This document shows positions 18,051 to 27,060 of a stretch of DNA of 64,000 nt, in pieces. The notes beneath the pieces were generated by a model, which was given only the letters and a program-made list of their open reading frames with translations, searched no databases and was not told where the DNA came from. Position 1 is the first letter of the stretch; each line of letters starts with the position of its first letter. The stretch comes from Gammaproteobacteria bacterium (lineage in GTDB: Bacteria; Pseudomonadota; Gammaproteobacteria; Steroidobacterales; Foliamicaceae): the NCBI GenBank assembly GCA_965116895.1, contig OZ220729.1, positions 1,882,122 through 1,946,121 on the forward strand. The letters run 5' to 3'. The position numbers and the translations under genes were made by a program.

Positions 18051-20438
18051 ATGCTACATCGGACACTCACTTGTGCCTGCCTTACCCTTTGCGCACTGGC
18101 CGCCTCAACAGTTAACGCATACGCGGACACAGGTGACCTCCTGGTGACCGTAACCAGCGTGGAAAACCGGCCCCTGACAGGCAGCTCAATCACCATTGAG
18201 TCGCGAGCGGGCGACGAACAGAAGGCTGTCACCGATTCGAGCGGACGCGCCGTAATCCGGAACCTGCAGGTGGGTTTGTACCGCGTTACGACCGAGTTGC
18301 AGGGCTTTGTGCGCGTGGTAGAGCCGAGTGTTCGCGTTGTCAGGGGCAAGATCGTGCCCGTGGAGATGGTGCTGCGCCGCAGCAGGTACGAAGCCATCGA
18401 GGAGATTGTGGTCGTCGCCGAGGCCATTCGTCGCGACGCGTACGGCAGCGTCGCTTCGACCTACGTTGATCGGGAACACTTGAGGACGGCCACCGGCGGC
18501 GGCGGCGACGTCCTGCGCGCGCTCGATGGCCTGCCGGGAATGGTGTCCGGCGGCGAATTTTCGAATTTCACTGTTAGAGGGCGTGGGCCGCGCGACAACC
18601 TGATCCTTGTCGACGACTTCCCATTTGACAAGGTCGTCCACTTCGATGACTCCCTGGGCGAGCAGGACGACATCAGCGGCGGCGGCCGGTACTCGATCTT
18701 CGCACCGAACCTGATCGAGGGCGCCGAGTTCTCGCCCGGCGGTTGGAGCGCTGCCTACGGCGGCCGCAACGGATCGCTGCTCAAGCTCGACGTGGCCAAG
18801 GGCAACCCGAGCCCGTCGGCCAGCCTCAGGCTTGACCTGGCCGGTGCCGAACTTGTCTACGACGGCCCGAGCGGTCTGCACGATGAAACATCTCTGATAG
18901 CGACCGCCAGACGCTTCGACTTCGGTCGTTTCTTCGAGACTATCGGCGAGGAGGACATCGGCAGCCCCGTGATGACCGATCTCATCCTCAAGACCCATAC
19001 CCGGATCAATCCCGCCAACGAGTTCGAGTTCCTGTTGCTGTACACGCCGGAGGACTCGGAACGCACGGTGGCGAACGTGCTCCATTCCGTCGATTTTGAA
19101 GACCGCGAACTCCTGAACACCGAACAGGACAGCGCGCTCGTCGGCGTCACGTGGACCCGGCTGTTCGGGAAGGACGGGACTTGGGAGAACCGCGCCTACT
19201 TCCGCGACAGCGAGAAGACCAGCAGGGAGGGCGAGGCGTTCCCCTTCTCCAAACCGGTCTTGCTACCCGAAGACCAGGTGCCGACGCGGGCGGACATCCT
19301 TACTCTGAAGGAGGCCGAGACGGAGATCGGTTTCCGAAGCGACCTGTCGCTGGGCAACCGTTGGGGCCTGTTCGACGCCGGGATCCGCATGGCGGACCTG
19401 GATCTTGAGTTCGAAACGGTGCTCGACGGCGACTGGATCCGCTACGAGTACGATGCCGGCGATCATCGCCGCGAGCCCATGGACCGCTTCATCGTGCTGA
19501 TGCCCCGGTTCACCAACTCGACGTTCGTCCGGAGCGAGTTCCAGTACGCCGCCTACGCCGAACAGGTTTTCGAAGCTCCCCGCTGGGACTTCCGGGTCGG
19601 CGCCCGTTACGAGCACGACGGGTTTTCCGCCGGAGGTCGTGTCTCGCCCCGGCTGTCGGCGAACTTCCGAATCTCTCCGATCACCCGGCTCTCCGCTACC
19701 GCGGGCACCTTCTACCAGTCGCCGCGTTTTCTCGACCGCGCCCGGGCCCCGGAAAACGCCGGTCTACGGAACGAACGCCTGGATCATGTGAGCCTGGGGC
19801 TGGATCGCGAGTTCGGCCGCTGGAACGTGCTCGTCGAAGCCTACTACCGGCGGCTCGACGACCTTATCACCGAAAGCGACGCGGTCACCGGCGTCGCAAC
19901 GAACAACGGCGAGGGCACCGCGTACGGTGTGGACGTCGTCCTGAACCGGCCGTTCCACAACGGCTGGTCGGCGAATGCCGTCTATTCCTACAACGACGCC
20001 ACACGCAACGACAACGACGGCGACGGTAAATACGCCCCCGACTACAACCACCGCCACATTTTCGGTCTCGGCGCGCGCTGGGAAATCAATGAGCGCTGGC
20101 AGGTCGGGTTCCGGTGGAAGTACGCGACGGGGCGGCCACGTGACGCGTTCTCTCTCCATAGCGACGTGCTGGCATCGCTCGGAGGGCCGCTCCGGTACTC
20201 GCAGGAGTTCATCACCAACAACTCGTTGCGCTGGGACGACTTCCATACGCTCAACCTGCGCGTGGACTACCGGCGTCCAGTGGGGCCAGTGGATCTGGTC
20301 GCTTTCCTGGACATACTGAACATCTACGCCAGCCCCCCATCGGACGTGCTCGAGTTCAACCCGGCCACCGGGTCCGTCGTGCCGGACGACGGGGAGCCCT
20401 TCCCGTTGATCGGCATTCGATTCGAGAAGACATGGTAA
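18051..20438 (+). CDS. TonB-dependent receptor with N-terminal carboxypeptidase-regulatory-like domain (TBDR-2)
   Basis: ATG at 18051 gives signal peptide MLHRTLTCACLTLCALAASTVNAYA. CarboxypepD_reg-like beta-sandwich (LLVTVTSVENRPLTGSSITIE..TDSSGRAVIRNLQVGLYRV), then plug and barrel. Ends ..IRFEKTW. Confidence 0.8.
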   Translation: MLHRTLTCACLTLCALAASTVNAYADTGDLLVTVTSVENRPLTGSSITIESRAGDEQKAVTDSSGRAVIRNLQVGLYRVTTELQGFVRVVEPSVRVVRGKIVPVEMVLRRSRYEAIEEIVVVAEAIRRDAYGSVASTYVDREHLRTATGGGGDVLRALDGLPGMVSGGEFSNFTVRGRGPRDNLILVDDFPFDKVVHFDDSLGEQDDISGGGRYSIFAPNLIEGAEFSPGGWSAAYGGRNGSLLKLDVAKGNPSPSASLRLDLAGAELVYDGPSGLHDETSLIATARRFDFGRFFETIGEEDIGSPVMTDLILKTHTRINPANEFEFLLLYTPEDSERTVANVLHSVDFEDRELLNTEQDSALVGVTWTRLFGKDGTWENRAYFRDSEKTSREGEAFPFSKPVLLPEDQVPTRADILTLKEAETEIGFRSDLSLGNRWGLFDAGIRMADLDLEFETVLDGDWIRYEYDAGDHRREPMDRFIVLMPRFTNSTFVRSEFQYAAYAEQVFEAPRWDFRVGARYEHDGFSAGGRVSPRLSANFRISPITRLSATAGTFYQSPRFLDRARAPENAGLRNERLDHVSLGLDREFGRWNVLVEAYYRRLDDLITESDAVTGVATNNGEGTAYGVDVVLNRPFHNGWSANAVYSYNDATRNDNDGDGKYAPDYNHRHIFGLGARWEINERWQVGFRWKYATGRPRDAFSLHSDVLASLGGPLRYSQEFITNNSLRWDDFHTLNLRVDYRRPVGPVDLVAFLDILNIYASPPSDVLEFNPATGSVVPDDGEPFPLIGIRFEKTW

Positions 20439-20506
20439 CGAAACCGGCTTTCGCCGCTGCGCGTTTTGGACGACAATTCCGCACGTAAGATCCGAATCCC
20501 GCCCAC

Positions 20507-21184
20507 ATGAAGATCCTGACCCTGCTGGTGGAGGACAGCCTGTCGCTGGCCAAAACCGTGGTCGAATACCTGGCGCTCGAGAACATCGACTGCGACTACG
20601 CGGCCAACGGCGCGGCCGGTCTGCAACTGGCGCTGAGGAACCCATACCAGGCCATTCTGCTCGACGTGAACCTGCCGAAGATGAACGGCCTGGAGGTATG
20701 CGAGGCCTTGCGCCGCCGCGGGCTCGACGTGCCGGTCCTGATGCTGACCGCACGCGATACGCTGACCGACAAGCTGGCGGGTTTCGATGCCGGTACCGAC
20801 GACTATCTGGTGAAGCCGTTTCAAATGGCGGAACTCGCAGCCCGGATCAAGGCGCTGGCCAACCGGCGCAGCGCCCAGGCGAAACTGCTCAGGGTCGGCG
20901 ATCTGGAACTGGACCTGTCGACCAGAACCGCAACCCGTGCCGGTCTCAGACTCGGTCTCACGCCGACGGGCTGGACCATTCTTGAGTTCCTGATGCGCAA
21001 CGCGCCCAATGTCGTCAGCCGCACGGCGCTCGAGCAGGCGCTTTGGGACGACGACCAGCCGGAAACGGATGCGCTCAAGGTTCACCTCTATCGCTTGCGC
21101 CAGGAGGTCGACAAACCCTTCCCCGTCGCGATGATTCGAACCCTCGCCAATCACGGTGTCGCAATCCGGGCCCCCGGTGACTGA
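20507..21184 (+). CDS. OmpR-family response regulator
   Basis: Receiver domain (ILLDVNLPKMNGLEV, LMLTARD, KPF) plus a winged-helix output domain (LTPTGWTILEFLMRN...VHLYRLRQEVD). Confidence 0.9.
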   Translation: MKILTLLVEDSLSLAKTVVEYLALENIDCDYAANGAAGLQLALRNPYQAILLDVNLPKMNGLEVCEALRRRGLDVPVLMLTARDTLTDKLAGFDAGTDDYLVKPFQMAELAARIKALANRRSAQAKLLRVGDLELDLSTRTATRAGLRLGLTPTGWTILEFLMRNAPNVVSRTALEQALWDDDQPETDALKVHLYRLRQEVDKPFPVAMIRTLANHGVAIRAPGD

Positions 21185-22514
21185 CAAGGACGCGCAGTCG
21201 CCCAGCTTGCGCCGCTTCCTGTTGCGGTGGATAGTCGTTGGCGGCTTGGCGCTGGTGCTCTGCTACACGGTCCTGCTCGAATTCTATTTGGACCGCGGTA
21301 TCGAACTGCTGGCAAGGAACTCCCTTGAGCAAGTCGCGTCCGAATACGCCGGCCTGTACGCGGTAGACGCCGACGCGCCGTTACCGGCCGAAGCGAAAAT
21401 CGCCGCCTATCGATTGATCGAGGACGTGCCCGAAGCAATCCGCCAACTCTTTCCACCCGCGGAGTACCGACATGGCGAACTCAAGGCAGCCGAACACTTC
21501 GATAAGCGGGGGCGAGCCCTGCCCGCTTTGGGCGGCATCTTGCCGGCATGCGAACAGACGCCCTGCGAAGTGCTCTTTTTCTACAGCCATCGGCTGAACG
21601 AGCACGACTGGCTCTACCTGCTACAGGGTGTGGCCGTCAGCGAGGATCAAGACGCCGCATACGATCTCATCGAGACCCGCGCCATTGTGCTTGGCGCCTT
21701 TTTTGCCGCAGCGTTGACGGTGCTTGCCGTAGTGTTGATCAACCGCGTCGGTCGACCGGTGGAGCAATTGGCGCGCTGGGCCGATACCCTCGATGCGGGG
21801 ACGCTCGGGAGTCCGCCCGGATTCCGGTTTCGAGAACTGAACGCGGTGGCGGCCAAACTTCAGCACGCCTTCCGGCGACTGACGGAGGGCCTCGCGGAGG
21901 AAAAACGTTTCCTGCGGCACGCAAGCCACGAACTACGTACGCCTCTTTCGGTGATTTCAGGCAACCTTGAGATCCTGGAGAAGATCGACGGCCTGCCCCC
22001 GCGCAACGACACGAAAGCCGAGGCTCTCAGCAGGCTGTCGGCCGCAGTAACCGATATGCGGCAACTGTCCGAGACCCTGCTCTGGCTTCATCGGCCTTCG
22101 AAACGCCTTCTCGAACCGCAAACCGTCGATTTGCACGCGCTCGTCGTGAAGCTTGTCGAGGAGAATCGTTATCTGCTCGTTGGCAAGGCGGTTACCGTGG
22201 AAGTGACCGGTGAGGCTGCCTCCCGGGTGATCGCTCCCCGCACTCCCTGTCGAATCGTGATTGCCAACCTCGTCCGCAACGCCTTCCAGTACACTCACGC
22301 CGGCCGGATCGAGCTCCACATCGGCGCCGGAGAGATCACCATTCAGAACTCGAACGCGCCGGACGTCGACAACCAGGTTACGGATACGGCCGAAGACTAC
22401 GGGTTCGGCCTCGGTCTGCAGCTGGTCGAGCGGATTTGCGCGCGACTCGGGTGGGCGTTTGCGTGGACCCCTTCCGCCGCCGGACGGTGCGCTACCGTCC
22501 GGTTCCGGGACTAA
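21156..22514 (+). CDS. Sensor histidine kinase (two TM segments, unassigned periplasmic domain)
   Basis: H-box RHASHELRTPLSVISG and G-box GFGLGLQLV. TM spans at FLLRWIVVGGLALVL and AIVLGAFFAAALTVLAVVL. Start uncertain: GTG 21156, GTG 21177 or TTG 21207, all overlapping or abutting the regulator stop. Confidence 0.85.
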   Translation: MSQSGPPVTDKDAQSPSLRRFLLRWIVVGGLALVLCYTVLLEFYLDRGIELLARNSLEQVASEYAGLYAVDADAPLPAEAKIAAYRLIEDVPEAIRQLFPPAEYRHGELKAAEHFDKRGRALPALGGILPACEQTPCEVLFFYSHRLNEHDWLYLLQGVAVSEDQDAAYDLIETRAIVLGAFFAAALTVLAVVLINRVGRPVEQLARWADTLDAGTLGSPPGFRFRELNAVAAKLQHAFRRLTEGLAEEKRFLRHASHELRTPLSVISGNLEILEKIDGLPPRNDTKAEALSRLSAAVTDMRQLSETLLWLHRPSKRLLEPQTVDLHALVVKLVEENRYLLVGKAVTVEVTGEAASRVIAPRTPCRIVIANLVRNAFQYTHAGRIELHIGAGEITIQNSNAPDVDNQVTDTAEDYGFGLGLQLVERICARLGWAFAWTPSAAGRCATVRFRD

Positions 22515-22527
22515 CCTCGGCGCGAAG

Positions 22528-23787
22528 CTAGGAGGCGGCTTCGAGCTGCTCTTCGGTCGCGTAGCTGCTGATCTGCCAGGCGGAGATCATCGGCATGCTG
22601 CGGAACATCACCAGCACCAGGAAGAACCAGGAGGCCAGCGCGGAAATCGCAATCAGCCACTCCCTGGAATCGGTGAACGGCACATGCGCCGGTTCCAGTA
22701 TCGGCATGACGTTCAGATAGCGGTTGATCCAGAAACCCACCACGATGAACCCGGACAGCACCAGCATGGCCGGCCATGTGCGCTTGACCCAGGCCGCGAG
22801 TCCGCACAGCAGCGGGATGAAGAACATGCCGCTGACCATGATCCAGAAAAACGGCTGGTAGTGCCCGTACATCTGAAGCGAGACCACCCCGTACTCGTAG
22901 TCCAGGTTGCCGAACCAGGACACGAAGAACTGGGCCCAGAACATGTAGAGCCATAACAGGCTGAAGGACGTGATCAGGATGCCCATCTGCTTGAGACGGC
23001 CGGCGTCGAACCACTCCTTCAGGCCCTCGCAGCGCCACAGCACCGCGCTCATCAGGAGGATCGCGGCCGCTCCGGCCAGGTTGATGCCCTGGATGTAGTA
23101 GAGGGGGTAAACGCTGCTGTGGTAGTGCGAGATCAGCGTCATCCCGAAATCCCAGGCGATGAAGGAGTTCGACATGACGTAGAAGAACAGGATGAAGAAG
23201 GACGAGAAATACAGGCGCCGCTGCAGCGTGAACATATCGACCCGCGCGCGCCAGGACGCCAGCCAGCGCCAGCAGGCGCGGCACACGGGATTGCCGCTTT
23301 CGGCCAGTTCGTCGCGGACGTCCGGCAGCAGCCCCCAGAGGAAATACAGCAACGACAGGCCGTAGAAGGCCGCCAGCGCAATGAGGTTGCGCCACAGCAG
23401 CAGGTTCTCGTTCAGCCACGGACTCAAATGCCCGTGGTCGCCCTCTTGCAGCCAGTAGAACAGGGACTCCCGCCCGCAGGAGAAGATCAGGGCGAAGCCG
23501 ATAAAGGCGAACGGCAGGAACGCCAGCGTCATCACTTCGCCAAGGCGGTAGAAGACCCCCGAAAACTCTGCCTTGCACAGGCGCATGACCGCGGTAAAAC
23601 AGATGCCCGCCTGGCTCAGGCCCAGCACGAACATCCACATGACCAGCGCGAACGCCCAGGGAAAATCGCCGTCGGCGCCGGCCATCCAGAGCAGCGCGAA
23701 GGAAACGGCCGCGAGTCCCGCGAGCAGGCCGATCGTGGCCATGAACGCCTTCGCGCCCAGCGCACCCGTGCCGCCGCCGACGCTCAT
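22528..23787 (-). CDS. actF: Alternative complex III subunit ActF (NrfD-like membrane subunit)
   Basis: 419 aa polytopic membrane protein, last gene of the act operon. ATG overlaps the actE stop (ATGA). Confidence 0.7.
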   Translation of the reverse strand: MSVGGGTGALGAKAFMATIGLLAGLAAVSFALLWMAGADGDFPWAFALVMWMFVLGLSQAGICFTAVMRLCKAEFSGVFYRLGEVMTLAFLPFAFIGFALIFSCGRESLFYWLQEGDHGHLSPWLNENLLLWRNLIALAAFYGLSLLYFLWGLLPDVRDELAESGNPVCRACWRWLASWRARVDMFTLQRRLYFSSFFILFFYVMSNSFIAWDFGMTLISHYHSSVYPLYYIQGINLAGAAAILLMSAVLWRCEGLKEWFDAGRLKQMGILITSFSLLWLYMFWAQFFVSWFGNLDYEYGVVSLQMYGHYQPFFWIMVSGMFFIPLLCGLAAWVKRTWPAMLVLSGFIVVGFWINRYLNVMPILEPAHVPFTDSREWLIAISALASWFFLVLVMFRSMPMISAWQISSYATEEQLEAAS

Positions 23788-24359
23788 TCCGCCGCCGTCT
23801 CGCCGCCGGACTCGGCCTCGGCGGCGTCCGCCACTTTCGCGGCTTCCTCAATCAGGCCGGTACGCAGGTACCGCACGATGCGCCAGCGGTCTTCGCTCGA
23901 CATCGCGAAACGGTAGCTGGGCATGATCACGCCGCCGTGCGTGATCGTGTAGTAAAGCTGTCCGTCGGTCTGCTGCTGCACGTAGGGCAAGGTCAGGTCC
24001 ATGGGCTGCGGGTTGTACTTGAGTCCCACGCTGCCGTCGCCGGCGCCCGCCACGCCGTGGCATACGCGGCAGTAAATGTCGTACATTTCCGCCGCGCGGC
24101 CATCGTCCGGATCTTCCGCGGCAAGCGGATTGCTCAGCTGCTCTCCGGCCTTCAGCCGCGCGCGCACCAGCTCCGCGAGATCGGCCGGCCCGTCCAGTTC
24201 GCCGCCGTCGGCAGGGACGGATTCCGCCGGCAATTCGACCGTTGTCTCCTGCGTCTTGACACTCACCTGGTCCTTCATGTCGTCGTTCCACGGCAATGCG
24301 CCGGCCACGCCCGACACGACCAGCGTGGCGGTGAGCAGGGCGATAGCGACGCGGCTCAT
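23784..24359 (-). CDS. actE: Alternative complex III subunit ActE (monohaem cytochrome c)
   Basis: Real start is ATG at 24359 (MSRVAIALLTATLVVSG signal/anchor), not the track start at 24647. Single CRVCHG haem motif. Overlaps the actD stop (ATGA). Confidence 0.75.
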   Translation of the reverse strand: MSRVAIALLTATLVVSGVAGALPWNDDMKDQVSVKTQETTVELPAESVPADGGELDGPADLAELVRARLKAGEQLSNPLAAEDPDDGRAAEMYDIYCRVCHGVAGAGDGSVGLKYNPQPMDLTLPYVQQQTDGQLYYTITHGGVIMPSYRFAMSSEDRWRIVRYLRTGLIEEAAKVADAAEAESGGETAAE

Positions 24360-24850
24360 TCCGACTGCTCCCGCTCGATCGACTCGGCGCCCGCGGCGCG
24401 CAGGATCTCCTCGGCCTCGGGCGCGCCGGGCCCGGCCACCGAAATCACGAAGCGGTCCACGTTGCTGGAGGCCCGGTAAGTGCGGTCCCGCCACGCCGGC
24501 AAGCGGGCCACGACGAAGAAGCCCAGCAGCGTCATCAGCGTGCCCAGCAGGATGGTGCTCTCGTAGGTAATCAGCAGGTACGGAGGCAGCGCGATCACGG
24601 GCCGCCCCGCGGTCGGCAGGATGAAGCGCGTGGCGGTCCACACGCACAGCGTGAATCCGCCGATGGCGCCCAGGATGCCTCCGAGCAGCGTGAACACCCG
24701 CACCATGGACTTGCCCAGCCCCAGCGCTTCGTCGGCCCCGTGCAGCGGGATCGGAGAATACAGATCCACTCCGGCAACGCCCTTCTCGCGCAGGGCACGG
24801 GCGGCGTCCAGCGCGGCGTCTTCGTGCGCGAATGAGGCCAGCAGCGTCAT
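24356..24850 (-). CDS. actD: Alternative complex III subunit ActD (DUF3341-like)
   Basis: 164 aa: soluble N-domain (LASFAHEDAALDAARALREKG) plus two TM helices. The position between the NrfD-like and cytochrome c genes is characteristic. Confidence 0.7.
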   Translation of the reverse strand: MTLLASFAHEDAALDAARALREKGVAGVDLYSPIPLHGADEALGLGKSMVRVFTLLGGILGAIGGFTLCVWTATRFILPTAGRPVIALPPYLLITYESTILLGTLMTLLGFFVVARLPAWRDRTYRASSNVDRFVISVAGPGAPEAEEILRAAGAESIEREQSE

Positions 24851-26205
24851 CAGTGGGCCTCCCTCTTGCGCAAGGGGTTGAGCGTCTCCTTGACCTCGTA
24901 GATGGAAACGGCCGGGAATATCTTCACGAACAGCAGGAACAGCGTCGTGAAGATGGCAAACGAGCCGACCGTGATCGAGATTTCAACCAGGCTCGGGAAG
25001 TAGGTTCCGAACACGTCCGGCAGGAACTTGCGCGGCAGCGAACTGGCGACGATCACGAAGCGCTCGGTCAGCATGCCGATATTGATCAGGATGGAGATCA
25101 CCAGCATCAGGTTCCAGTTGGTCCGGATGCGGCGCGAGAACAGAACCAGCGGAACCACGGCGCAGAACAGGATCATCTCCCAGTACAGCCACCAGAACGG
25201 GCCCTCCCAGATCCTGTAGAGGATTGCCTCGTATTCGAAGCTCGTGCCGCTGTACCAGCCGCTGAAGTTCTCGCAAATGTTGATGTACGTCCAGATGAGC
25301 GAAAGCACCAGCAGCAGCTTGGAGAGGTTGTCGATGTGCAATTGCCCGATGTAGCGGCCGAAACCCATGAATTTCCGCAGCATCCACATTACGGTCACGA
25401 TCCCCGCCGTGCCCGAGTAGATCGCCCCGCACACGAAGTAAGGCGCGAAAATGGTGTGGTGCAGGCCGGGAACCGTGGACATGGCGAAGTCCCACGACAC
25501 GATGGAATGCACCGAAACCGCCAGCGGGATCACGAGCACGGCGAAGAACGTATAGGCCCAGCCCAGCGTGTGCCACTCGTGGGCGGTGCCGCGCCAGCCG
25601 AAGCACATGACCGCGTAGACCTTTCGGCGCAACCCGGTGGAGCGGTCGCGCACCGCGGCGAAGTCCGGCAGCGATCCCATGTAGATGAACACGCTGCTGG
25701 CCGTCAGGTAGGTCAGGATCGCCATCACGTCGAACATCAGCGGCGAGCGGAAGTTCGGCCACAGCTCCATCGGATTGGGGAAGGGGAAGGTCCAGTGAAC
25801 GAACCACACCCGTCCCACGTGCACCATGACGAACATGGCCGCAGTCATCAGCGAGAACAGCGTCATCGCCTCCGCACTTCGGTAGATCGACTTGCGCCAG
25901 TCCGACTGCGTGATATGCAGTACCGCGGAGAGCAGCGTTCCCGAGTGGCTCAGCCCGATCCAGAAAATGAAGTTGGACAGGTAGGTGCCCCACATGGCAT
26001 TGCGGTTCATGCCCGCGGCGCCCACGCCCACGATGATCTGGTAGATCCACGGCGCGACAAAGAACAGCAGCGCCGTGCCGGCGGATATGCCGAGCGTCAC
26101 CCAGTAGCGCCAGGTGGTGGTGGTGAGCGCGTTGATGACGTCGTTGTTGACCTCCGAGTAACTCGGCTGGCCGTGGTCGAACATGAGTTCCCGGGTGGCG
26201 GACAT
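24850..26205 (-). CDS. actC: Alternative complex III subunit ActC (NrfD/PsrC-like quinol-interacting membrane subunit)
   Basis: ATG at 26205, 2 nt after the actB2 stop; the track start 26241 would overlap. About 10 hydrophobic spans, NrfD-like. Confidence 0.8.
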   Translation of the reverse strand: MSATRELMFDHGQPSYSEVNNDVINALTTTTWRYWVTLGISAGTALLFFVAPWIYQIIVGVGAAGMNRNAMWGTYLSNFIFWIGLSHSGTLLSAVLHITQSDWRKSIYRSAEAMTLFSLMTAAMFVMVHVGRVWFVHWTFPFPNPMELWPNFRSPLMFDVMAILTYLTASSVFIYMGSLPDFAAVRDRSTGLRRKVYAVMCFGWRGTAHEWHTLGWAYTFFAVLVIPLAVSVHSIVSWDFAMSTVPGLHHTIFAPYFVCGAIYSGTAGIVTVMWMLRKFMGFGRYIGQLHIDNLSKLLLVLSLIWTYINICENFSGWYSGTSFEYEAILYRIWEGPFWWLYWEMILFCAVVPLVLFSRRIRTNWNLMLVISILINIGMLTERFVIVASSLPRKFLPDVFGTYFPSLVEISITVGSFAIFTTLFLLFVKIFPAVSIYEVKETLNPLRKREAH

Positions 26206-26207
26206 GG

Positions 26208-27056
26208 TCAGGTCACCGCCTCGCTCGCCTGTTCCGGCCACATGACCGGGCTTGCCGCGTGGCTATCGGACTCGTCGCCGTGATGGTCGTCATCGTCGTG
26301 GCCGGCTGCCGGTTCCCGCGCGTTCTTGAGGTAGACGACGCTGGGATGGGTATTCAGCTCTTCCAGCACCTTGTAGGCCCGCGGGTCCTGGAGCTTGCGC
26401 GAAACGGCGCTGTCGGGGTCGTTGCGGTCGCCGAACACGATCGCGTCGGTCGGGCAGGCCTGGGCGCAGGCCGGCTGGGCCTCGCCGTCGGCCACCCGGC
26501 GGTCCTCGTCGCGCGCCAGGTCCTTGGCGCGGTTGATGCGCTGCACGCAGAACGTGCACTTTTCCATCACGCCCTTCTCGCGCACGGTCACGTCCGGGTT
26601 GAGTTGCTGCTCCAGCGGCTCGTCCCAGGTGTAGGTGAACCAGTTGAAGAACCGAACCTCGTAGGGGCAGTAGACGGCGCAGGTCCGCGTTCCGATGCAG
26701 CGGTTGTAGACCTGCGCGTTGAGGCCGTCCTGGTTGTGATAGGTGGCGAACACCGGGCAGGCGATTTCGCAGGGCGCCTCGTCGCAGTGCTGGCACAGCA
26801 TCGGAATGAAGTTCAGCCGCGCGTCGGGATACTCGCCGTCCCAATAGCGCTCGATGCGCAGCCACTTCATCTCGCGGCCCTGCCGCATCCTCTTTTCGCC
26901 CACGATGGGCAGGTTGTTTTCCGCCTGGCAGGCCACCACGCAGGCCTCGCAGCCCGTGCACCGGTCGAGGTCCACGGCCATGGTCCAGTGGTATTCGAAT
27001 TCCGTGTAGTAGCCGGCGGTGCGGTACTCGCGCAATTTGTCCCTTATCGTGCTCAT
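26208..27056 (-). CDS. actB2: Alternative complex III subunit ActB2 (4Fe-4S cluster protein)
   Basis: Cys clusters CTGCEACVVACQ, CQHCDEAPCEIACP, CIGTRTCAVYCP, CTFCVQR, CAQACP. His/Asp-rich C-tail. Confidence 0.85.
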   Translation of the reverse strand: MSTIRDKLREYRTAGYYTEFEYHWTMAVDLDRCTGCEACVVACQAENNLPIVGEKRMRQGREMKWLRIERYWDGEYPDARLNFIPMLCQHCDEAPCEIACPVFATYHNQDGLNAQVYNRCIGTRTCAVYCPYEVRFFNWFTYTWDEPLEQQLNPDVTVREKGVMEKCTFCVQRINRAKDLARDEDRRVADGEAQPACAQACPTDAIVFGDRNDPDSAVSRKLQDPRAYKVLEELNTHPSVVYLKNAREPAAGHDDDDHHGDESDSHAASPVMWPEQASEAVT

Positions 27057-27060
27057 CGTC

